A stretch of DNA of 63,058 nucleotides, counting the filler, from Rhabdomonas costata (lineage: Eukaryota): the NCBI GenBank assembly GCA_019059605.1. It is 52 parts of 52 records of this genome, joined end to end, with 100 filler letters (N's around TTAATTAATTAA, not from the genome) between each part and the next. Parts side by side here need not be neighbours in the genome. Positions count along the whole stretch, not along the records: positions 38,880 to 39,991 come from JAHMHO010027882.1; positions 40,092 to 41,205 come from JAHMHO010027883.1; positions 41,306 to 42,419 come from JAHMHO010027884.1; positions 42,520 to 43,633 come from JAHMHO010027885.1; positions 43,734 to 44,850 come from JAHMHO010027886.1; positions 44,951 to 46,064 come from JAHMHO010027887.1; positions 46,165 to 47,278 come from JAHMHO010027888.1; positions 47,379 to 48,492 come from JAHMHO010027889.1; 44 more parts are not named here. One strand, 5' to 3'. Shown here one piece after another: positions 38,936 through 48,689 of the stretch (positions within the stretch are counted from its first letter, which is position 1; each line of letters starts with the position of its first letter). Under the pieces are notes generated by a model, which had not been told where the DNA came from, did no database searches, and saw only the letters and a program-made list of their open reading frames with translations. The translations under genes were made by a program, and so were the position numbers.

Positions 38936-40428
38936 GGTGCATGGACGTGAAGAGAGCCTTGGTCCTGAAGGTGAAACTTAAAAAAAGTGAGAGCGCGATG
39001 GTTGGTGAAGGTTCAAGCCAAACAGGCATGGTGTCTTTTGCTTATATTGCAGCCTGTCCTGTCCTTACGGAGTACGGAGCAAGAGAAATGGGTTGAGTGT
39101 TCTTGACATCGGTGAGTAGGTTGCGATGCACAGTTGTTAAGGTTTCTGGATAAATATTTCTGCGGGATGTTGGGGATTTGTGACGGGGGCGGCCAATGTT
39201 CTGCAGGAACGCCAAGCTCCAAACAGGGACAGGCATTTCAGAGGCAGGGAGGAGAATGAAGACTTTGTCCGATTGCGCTGAACCGGCGTTTTGTTTGTGG
39301 CGACGGCTACATTCTGAGTCCTCAAGGTTTTGGCCGTGTCCCTACTGCAGCGCACTTGGGACAAAAGCCATTCAGTTTCCGAAACGACACTCAGTTTGCC
39401 ACTCATTTGTGGCATCCCTCCAATGGGCCTCTCTTCGTCCCCAAATTTCCATGGCGCTGTTTCTTCTTTTTGCCTTTTTTTTCGCCTGCGCTGATCCGCG
39501 CCTACAGCCCATCGTGTTCGGCTTGAGTGGTGCCCGACCCACTTCCCCGGATTCGGGAAACCTGTTGTTTGGCCCGGTTAACCGCTCGGTGATCCACATA
39601 GCCAGCTTTGAGACGCGATTCCTCATCTCCTGTGGCCTCAGGTGTGACCGAGGTTCGTGCTGATTACCTCACCGCAGGTGGATGGGGGCTGTACTTCCAA
39701 GAGGAAAGGAAAGGTGACAACTGGATGGACCCGATCTTCTCCCCATGTTTACCTACCGCGTCATGCCAAAACAAAGTAACAATTCAAATGGCAAAACCTT
39801 AGGGAAAGCCAGTTTGAACCTTTGCAAATATGAATTTCCTTCCAAATTTGTTTCCCCGTTCACCAGCTTATGAAGAAAGTGCAAAACGTTTCGAAGTTTG
39901 ACAACCTATTGAGAGGCTGAAAGACTCTGCACTTTTCGGAGGGGGGGAGGCAAACTCACATCGTGCGCGTACCATACTACCACACACCCACNNNNNNNNN
40001 NNNNNNNNNNNNNNNNNNNNNNNNNNNNNNNNNNNTTAATTAATTAANNNNNNNNNNNNNNNNNNNNNNNNNNNNNNNNNNNNNNNNNNNNTGTTTTGTT
40101 TTTCTTTGATATATTCTGCCGAGGGTTTTATTCGGAATCCTCGTAAAGTCATCGAAAGGAACTGTGGATACTTCCTTTCCCCCAGCAATTGTGGAGAAAA
40201 GTGATTAGGTTGCTTAAGCACAGCGGTTCCTTCGGTGTCAGCACGGAGCTTGAGTTGCGGACATTTAGTCGCAGAAAGCAACCAGGGGTTCCCTTCTGTC
40301 ATCTCCCCGTGTGGTCACGCACTTAGCACTGCGGACTTTGCGGATTGTATGCATCTATTGATGCTTATTTTTTTTGCGATAAAGAGTGTGTGTGTGCACA
40401 TCACTCAGTACGGCTTCTTTTGGCACAG

Positions 40429-41065
40429 GCCTGCATTGAGTCTCAAACGCAGAAGCCGGTGCCCCTGCAGCCTCTTCCGGCTCGCGACTGCAGCGTCGCC
40501 AGCGCCGCACTGCCTGACGTTAGCCTGCTGTTCGTTGACCGGGCCGTTGTGCTGGACCACCACGCCGGCGAGGTCTACCTCTTGCAACTCTCCGTGGTTG
40601 ACGAGAGCGGCACTGAGGACCAAGAGGTTTGCAGATCGGCTGGAGTATTTACCTTGTGAGGATTCGGGCTTCGTGGATTGGTGGTACGTGCCCCCGGAAC
40701 CCGTTTTGTTGTTCGCGGTGGGAGGATCGGGCTTTGCTAGCCACTAGGTTGGTTTAAGAAAAAGGAAGATTGTGTATGCAGATCCGTTGCTTTTTCTCGG
40801 TGTCTTCGGGGCAGTGGCAAGGTGCTCTCCCAATCTTGTGTCATTAACTGTCCCTGACTGAAGATTATTGTTATGTTTTCTTGGTGAGCTTGTTTGAATG
40901 TCATCGTACCACCTTACTCTGGGTTATCGCCGCTAATTAGCGCAATTATTGGGCGTTGGGGTGGGGACTGCTATACACAGTGGCTGGACCGCACCCAAGG
41001 GGAGTTGCTGGAGCTGCACAGTCGGCCCTCGGGGCATGAAGTCCCGCCCAAGCCTGCTCCGAGGA
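40429..41065 (+). CDS. Aminodeoxychorismate synthase (PabB/anthranilate-synthase-I N-region), exons 40429-40626 and 40981->
   Basis: LPDVSLLFVDRAVVLDHHAGEVYLL and WLDRTQGEL follow the PabB pattern; GT-AG, phase 0. Confidence 0.72.
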
Positions 41066-41305
41066 ATGAGCCCCACAACTTTTGACAACTTTGGTTTCGT
41101 AGTTGGTTGTCACGGCATGTCGGCAATCCTTGAATTGAATTCATTGGAATTTCGTTTTTTCTGACGTGCAATACCGCTCCCGGCTTTGAATATATCAGTT
41201 TAAGTNNNNNNNNNNNNNNNNNNNNNNNNNNNNNNNNNNNNNNNNNNNNTTAATTAATTAANNNNNNNNNNNNNNNNNNNNNNNNNNNNNNNNNNNNNNN
41301 NNNNN

Positions 41306-42419
41306 CACAGTGCACAAGTCGAGAAAAGGAAGAACAAAGTACATCCACTTGATGGGAACGATGCAGGAGAGTGGTCCCCTGCGAAAGGGAAAAGCGACGC
41401 CCGTCGCATAAAAAAACGAGGGCAGCGGAAGGTAATTCACCGGCTTCGCGCTGGTGATCACCACACTGAGGCTAGCGGGCCAAGCTGCGGAACGGCCTGG
41501 CACCGGGATGACCAGAGCGAGAAGGGCCACAAAGAAAAAAACCATTCGCTGTTGAGGGAAATGTGCAGAACATAAACAGAGCAGACAGAAGTTCAAGTGA
41601 CTTGCTACTATTACTACTATTACTACTATTATACCAAACCAGATCAATGGCAGAAACGCTTTACACGGGGATATCAACTTTGACAAATTTATGAGGCAAA
41701 CCGTTTTCCAGAGACAGTGCTACGGTGGACAGGTGCCAGGGCACATTTTGGTGCCGTATGTATGACCTAAGGTCTCCGGTCTCCGGACCATGGCTAAGAA
41801 CAGCGCCTGCTGTTGATAAACCGGTGCGAAGCACTAGGAAACCACCTCCATGGAATAATTTTTCATTTTTGGGGGAACCTACATTTATCGCATATGTCAG
41901 AACACGTTATCTCGCTAATATAAAAGGTAATGGGGTGGTTAGTTTGCTGCAAAGACACTGCAAAGTCATAAAGGGTCTAATAGTGTCCTCGTAAACTAAA
42001 CGCCCCATTTCCCATTGCATCCGCAACATTCACAACTGCTTAGCGCGCGCGTCGTTGAAGCGTAATTCAGGGATTCACACGCCCTGGTTCGGCCTTGACT
42101 TCAGTGATCCAGCCCTTTCCCATTGAAAGGGAAAACGCACTGCACTGGGCAGCTTTGAGTGAGGCCGAATCTGTTGGTTAGAGCTGCCCCTGTCTGCACG
42201 CACATCGGACGGGAAACAGTAAGGTTCTTAGGGAAAGGGGAAGAAACCTAACGAGTAACCGTTGAGCACGCTCCCGAAAATTAGTCATTCGCCACAGTGC
42301 ACAAGTCGAGAAAAGGAAGAACAAAGTACATCCACTTGATGGGAACGATGCAGGAGAGTGGTCCCCTGCGAAAGGGAAAAGCGACGCCCGTCGCATAAAA
42401 AAACGAGGGCAGCGGAAGG
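41306..42419. other. 987-nt circular or tandem unit with exact 127-nt terminal direct repeat; highly structured, no recognisable gene
   Basis: 41306-41432 is identical to 42293-42419; no G/T or A/C primer-type ends; many complementary segments about one axis. Confidence 0.9.
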
Positions 42420-43853
42420 NNNNNNNNNNNNNNNNNNNNNNNNNNNNNNNNNNNNNNNNNNNNTTAATTAATTAANNNNNNNNNNNNNNNNNNNNNNNNN
42501 NNNNNNNNNNNNNNNNNNNTGGATAACTCCGCTCCAATACAGATGCGTTGTTCCGCAAAAGAAGAACTCCACAATGGCGGCACGTCTGCCCCCGGCTATG
42601 TCACCTTTTGGGAGCGATTGTGGTGTGGGAAAAGTGAAGGGTGTGAGACGATATCAGATCAATACACTTGATCGTAGCACGCCTAGCCGTGATTACCATT
42701 TGTGCGTCCAGGGCTCCAGCAGGAAAGTGGAAGAAAGGACGAGGAATGATTTGTTTCAGTGCCGCAACTCCCTTTTACCAATTTCCCCTGTGGTTAACCC
42801 ATGGAGGTTCTCGGAGTGGGGTGAGCATCGCCCGCTTCACAGCTCAAGGAATCTTCACTGCCGACCAAGTAAACAGAGAGGCCAAGAGGCCATAAACCAC
42901 CGCTGGGAGTACCCGTGGAGCTTTGCCGGAGTTGAGCGCGGCGCCCGGCGAAGACCGGCCAGAAGCTCGCAAGCTGCTGAAGGACTGTGGGGCACCTCAT
43001 GGGCATCGCCATGGGCTCGTCAAAACGCCCACCGCCACTGAAATGGCGGGGGTAGGGCACAAAAGGCTACCCGGCTCACCGGCAACCCGGTCCACGTGTG
43101 AACCGGCACAAAGAAAAAAGGTATAAAAACAAGTGACAACACCAATGCGAAAAAAGAAGGCAACTCCAGCTACCGTCTAGCATTGAGCATCAGGATGCAG
43201 GATGCGAAGTAGAGCATCCAACCCACCCATAATTCAGTTGGGCAATTAGTTTGACAGCAACCAACGGCTGAGAATGAACTCGCAGCATAATTCCAATGAC
43301 GCTCTTTATTTTGCTGTCGTGTGCACGTTCCGTTTTGCTGATGATCTTCACTTGGGAAACAGAAAAGCTACTGCTACATTACAAACAGAACAGAGCAGAA
43401 AAGTGAGCCCATGTGTTCGGGGAAAATACGGCCAGCGATACAACAGTGGTAAGCCTGCTACGGGTTTCCTTCCGGGACAGGGCGAACGCGTGCCGAAGAT
43501 AAAGAGAATGTTCCAATACGATTTTGAATAAGAAAGTGCCCAGGTTGCCCGAAGGAACAGAGACGTAGGATATGCAATTTGCACCGATTTAATTTTCTGC
43601 ACGGCAACAAAGCGGCATGCCCCCCCCACCAACNNNNNNNNNNNNNNNNNNNNNNNNNNNNNNNNNNNNNNNNNNNNTTAATTAATTAANNNNNNNNNNN
43701 NNNNNNNNNNNNNNNNNNNNNNNNNNNNNNNNNGTGTGGTGTGGATTTTGCTGATTTTATAGCACTTGGGGGACCCAGCTCACGCAATGTGGGTTGTGGG
43801 GGGGGGTCGTTGGCGGTTGGTGGCTGAGTTTCCTAAGGATTCGTAGGGATTAA

Positions 43854-44618
43854 TTGGGATCACTGTTGAGCGTGCTTTCTTCCCTGACCCATGCTGGATG
43901 GGCTACCTCCCCGCAGCTGGACTCCCGGCAGTTTGGTTCGCTGTACCTGTACTGCCTGGAAACCGAGCTGTACCGCGACATGAACTACACCCTCCGGATT
44001 GCCGTTTGGGACACCCTGGCGAATGCGCTGGTGGTGCAACCCACCAAGCCCAAGCCCAGCCGGCCCCCTCTGCCGCAAACCATGGGGGACCTGGCCCACT
44101 TCTCGGAGCTGGTGTTCCAGGTGGAGCGCTCACTGGAGCGACTGCGGGCGTACGCAGGTACCCGCCTCAACGCCCGTTTATGGTGGTGACTCTGGGCGGT
44201 TGGCGATGGTCCTACGCATATGCCGCTGTGCCCGTTTTCAGCTGCATATACAGCTTTTATTCTTATTTTGGAACCTAATTTTGCCTGTTGCCTCAGGTAG
44301 AGTTGAGAACTCGGTGCCAGAATGTGACTGCATGCTCCTCGATCCCGCACTGATGAACGCCACCGAGAACTGTTGGCTTCTCCTGCTCCGGCTTTTCTTG
44401 GACCAACGAAATCAGGGGTGGCGTACCGCTGCGTGGACTGGCCCGTGCCCGCGGACCAGTACTTGCCCGGCCGGGTGGTGCAATGGACAGCATTCAGCAG
44501 CGCCAGCACGAAGCTGCAGGACAAGTTCCTGGGCCCCACCAAGGGCAGCGTGTTCGTGCTGCGCACCTTCACGGCGCGGCCCATCCGCTCCTACTCCGTG
44601 TTTCCCGAGGAGGAGGAG
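43854..44618 (+). CDS. NAD+-arginine ADP-ribosyltransferase (ARTC, R-S-E clade), exons ~43854-44157 and 44416-44618
   Basis: LYLYCLETELYRDMNYTLR, VAYRC (R), WTAFSSAS (STS-like), YSVFPEEEE (ExE); phase-1 GT-AG intron. Confidence 0.85.
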
Positions 44619-45042
44619 GTCTGCTTTAACCATCATCTAAATGAGTTGTTTGTGCCATTTTCCTCTCCCCCTCCGCCCCGACCACCTTGAGCAGACAGGT
44701 TGCGCGAGAGTAGAACGACCTTTCCTGCTTTGCGTAGTGGCTCTTCGACGCATTTAATCTTTTTTCACTGGACTTGTGTGTTATTGGTTCTTTTTTCACT
44801 CAATTTTTTATAATACGCAACATACCCCAACCCCCAAACACACCCACCACNNNNNNNNNNNNNNNNNNNNNNNNNNNNNNNNNNNNNNNNNNNNTTAATT
44901 AATTAANNNNNNNNNNNNNNNNNNNNNNNNNNNNNNNNNNNNNNNNNNNNTGTGATTTCTGCACGCGAGTGTAAATACCAAGCTGGTGTTCGTTGCTTTC
45001 TTGTCTGTGTTGACCCACCGACGTTTCTCTCGGCGTGGTTAG

Positions 45043-45774
45043 GGAAATCCTGTGGGGCGACGCAATTAAGCCCTCCCGCTACAACATTCGGATGCGGGAG
45101 GACGTTACTTGCCAGAAGCTGTGCGTGACGAAGCCCAAGAAAGAGAACGTGGTGCGTCCTGCGGCCTGGCACTGCCATAAGCACTTTGCATTCGCAGTTT
45201 TTGGAGCTCAACCAATGAGGTCTCGAGCCGAATAATGTCGGATAAGTTTGCCCGAAGGGTTTCCTGACTCGCGTGAAAAGAGGTCTTAAACATTTCAATG
45301 ATGTGCTGGCCGTGGTTTCTTTAAGAAACTGCTGTTTTGTCAGAAAGCAGGGGAAAAATTTCGAGGCCAACGTTCAAAGTTCTAGGGCAGCGCAAAAGGG
45401 CGGGCGGGAGGGCTGCGGATGTGTCGGCACAAAAATTGCTGCTCCGAGAAAACCATAGTTTTGGTATAATGCGATGCATCGATGTTGTTGTTGTTGCCTT
45501 TCTTCGTTTCTATCATGAGTTGGTTGGTTGGTTTCAGGACCGCAAGACGGGCGTTTCGAAGACCCTGAAGAAGTTCAAGCGCCGCATCGACGATGAGTAC
45601 CGGGCTCACTTCATCCTGGACAACCTCCCCGTGAGCGAGGTGTTCATCTGGGAGGGCAGCGCGAGGGGGCTGTTCTATCGCCGCGGGTTCCCCCTGGGCA
45701 CCCCAGCGAACAAGAGCCACCCCACGATGGTCAACAACCACCTCGCTTTCACCATTAAGTACCACAAGCCAGAG
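45043..45774 (+). CDS. Transmembrane 9 superfamily (EMP70/nonaspanin) lumenal domain, exons 45043-45151 and 45538-45774
   Basis: GEILWGDAIKPSRY...CQKLC, IDDEYRAHFILDNLPV, GFPLG, NNHLAFTIKYH. Confidence 0.92.
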
Positions 45775-46818
45775 GTAGTGCCTTTCCACTTCCACTTTGG
45801 AGGCGCCCATCCATCGACACTCAAGCTCACCCATATTGACGATAGTGTGGGACAGGTGGTTTCGCGAATGTTCACACCTTTTCAAAAGTTCACCTGCACA
45901 TTCTCGTCGCACACGACGAATCTCCACAGACACACCTTAGGAGCACTCGGATAACTAACAAGTCTGAGGAGGACGACTATTCCGAGACTTGAACTTGGAC
46001 AGGTGCTAGCATGACCCACACTCGGCCATCGCGAAGGCGTGTACACAACCAAACACACCCCACANNNNNNNNNNNNNNNNNNNNNNNNNNNNNNNNNNNN
46101 NNNNNNNNTTAATTAATTAANNNNNNNNNNNNNNNNNNNNNNNNNNNNNNNNNNNNNNNNNNNNGGGTTGGTGGAGTTCTCCGAGAGCCGCCTTCCCAGT
46201 GCTCCAAATGTGGCTCTGAGCTGAAGGCCAGTGTGCACAGGGGCAAGCCTGGCCTGGTGTACTGGCCAGAAGTGCCTCCTTAGAGTGGAATGGATGGTCC
46301 CCTGCAGGGCTCTAAGCTGATCGTATCCTTTTATTGATCTCTCAGGGGGTTAGGAAGCGATGCACGTGTCCTAAAAAAGGTACACTGCTGAAGGTATGCC
46401 AAATGTTTATATGTACACTGAGCGTGGGTCTAACGAACATTATATGTTGACTACTTAGTGCTTAGGAGACCTTGTTACGTAAAATCTAGCGGATCGAGAG
46501 TGGGCGGGGATAAAGGCGGGATTGATTCAGAAACCGGGAACATTTCTTTACCATTTCTCTTACCTAGTGCCACACATAAAATGATGCGCTTTCCCTGTTT
46601 CAGGTGGTGGAATAATAGCAGTGTATAAGGTGCTCTGTTCTGATTTCCTGCTTGGCTCAAAAACAGCCCTGCACCAAGCGGCATCCATGACATACCAAAA
46701 GTACGCCGTGCGCCGCAACCCGATTACAACCCGCAACACCCAAGCTAGTGGTTGGCAACTTCTACAGAAAGAAGGATTGTGGCATTCATTTAATGTGAGT
46801 GGTGGCGGGGTACGGCAG

Positions 46819-46970
46819 TTCATTGGGGACTGCATCATGGCCTTATGGAATGCCCCTCGCGCGTTGCCTGGCCACCAGCGGGCCGCGTGCTGCGCAGCTC
46901 TAAGGATGCAGACCGAGCTACTCCAACTGTGCGAGGCCTGGGAGTGTGACCCGGGGATGCCCACCTTGCG
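46819..46970 (+). CDS. Class III adenylate/guanylate cyclase catalytic exon
   Basis: FIGDCIMALWNAP...HQRAACCAALRMQ motif; AG/GT boundaries. Confidence 0.9.
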
Positions 46971-47667
46971 GTGCATGCGTGCGTGGCTGGACTTTTTGTG
47001 GTGAATTCTGTATTTGTTTTACTGCCTCAGACACTGCCAATTTTGATGTTAATTGTTTCTGTGCATTTACGGTTTCTACACCGGTCATTGTCTCTTGCTC
47101 TAGTGGGAATATCCTTACCAGCCCCGTTCTCTCACGCTTCTTATGGCTTTTTCCCCCTTCATTCCCATCAGGGAGGTGTGAGTGCTGCCCTACCCAGCAA
47201 AAAGGCTGGCTGAACCATAGCCACTGCATATGCAATCAATGCCTCTTGTTCCCCTTTTTTCCTCGACGACAAAACCACNNNNNNNNNNNNNNNNNNNNNN
47301 NNNNNNNNNNNNNNNNNNNNNNTTAATTAATTAANNNNNNNNNNNNNNNNNNNNNNNNNNNNNNNNNNNNNNNNNNNNGGGGGGGTGGGATTGGCCCCAT
47401 AGCAACGGTTCAAACTCGGAACAGCGCACCTGGCTTGGTGGCAGAATCCGCAGAAGCTTTTTCAGCAGTAGGGCTGGCTTGAGTTCCCTGGAGAGAAAGG
47501 AGCGAGAGAGGAAAATGCACCCACGGGCGAACAAACACAGGGGCGACTTCGAGATGGACCACACATACAGCCGCCTTACTGAGCAGATCACACACAGCCG
47601 CCTTCCTGTGGGAAGCAAGAAAAGGGAAAGGGAGAAATCTGCCACACCTGTGAGGGCGCTGTCCCAG

Positions 47668-48031
47668 CCGCTGCAGCACCGTCCTCGCCGCGGGATATGG
47701 AGGACGACGCCGAGGGTTGGGACGGCACCACGGCGACGTTGCTGGGGATCAGAGAGAGCGGGGAGACTGCTTCACTGGAGGACCCCGAGTTCGAGGACGA
47801 GGACGAGGCTGAGGAGGCCACGCTGGCCAGAGAGGTTGGCGAGATGGGGATCGGGGTGTGTCCGTCCACCGGGGCCCGTTTGACCGGGCAATGGATGCCC
47901 GGGCTGGCTGGCGCCGCAGGGGAAGTGGGCACCGAGGAAGACGAGGCGGAGGAAAGAGAGACCCTACGAAGCAACAGGACGAGAGGTTCCAAATCTGCAA
48001 ACAAAATTGCGCCTCCGATGCATGATAGAAA
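47668..48031 (+). CDS. Acidic low-complexity exon, hypothetical protein
   Basis: Open Glu/Asp-rich frame ending at a gtaagc donor. Confidence 0.45.
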
Positions 48032-48689
48032 GTAAGCTGCAAGGGGTTGCAAGGGGATCAGATCAATGGGAGTGCTGCACAAGGGTTCCCTGAACCAAAC
48101 AAATTCTCACAGCACCCACCTGCCCAATGCCACAGAAGTTTCGAACAATGACACGGACATGAGTACAAAGATTTCAGGAACTCCAGTTTGAACCAGCGAA
48201 AAAAAATCGTGTGGTCAGATGATAAATCGAGCAACAGATAGAAAGCCTCGGACACGAGGCGGTAAAAAGCGATCCAAGGAAGCATTACACGCATTCCAAT
48301 GAACCCTATGCAGGAACGCCGCAAGCTATGATGCCGATGCGTTTGTTTGGAAGATAAGATAGGGTTTGGATAAAACGTCAACTCAGATATTCCTCCTTCA
48401 CCTCGAGTGCAAAGCAGCACGAGCTTACCCCAGGCGGTTGCTGTCCGAGGTGAAGGAGGAATATCTGAGTTGACGTTTTATCCAACCCCACCNNNNNNNN
48501 NNNNNNNNNNNNNNNNNNNNNNNNNNNNNNNNNNNNTTAATTAATTAANNNNNNNNNNNNNNNNNNNNNNNNNNNNNNNNNNNNNNNNNNNNTGTTGTGG
48601 TGATGCAAGCACTTCTAGCCTCCTCGTTCTTCCCCAAGCACTGACCTGGTTGAGTGTGAGAAGAAATCAGGTTGAGTTTGCAGAGGCCT

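Noticed and set aside
41932-42006. Kinetoplast minicircle conserved blocks (GGGGTGGTTAG; GGGGCGTTT on - strand)
   Set aside because: Imperfect matches to CSB-3 and CSB-1 and on opposite strands, whereas real blocks are collinear.
41306-42292. SL RNA/5S rRNA repeat, U3/U2 snRNA, telomerase RNA or hammerhead in the 987-nt unit
   Set aside because: No 5S sequence, no convincing spliced-leader exon, no CUAACCCU template and no CUGANGA core; TTGATAA...GAAA at 41813-41841 lacks proper stems I and II.
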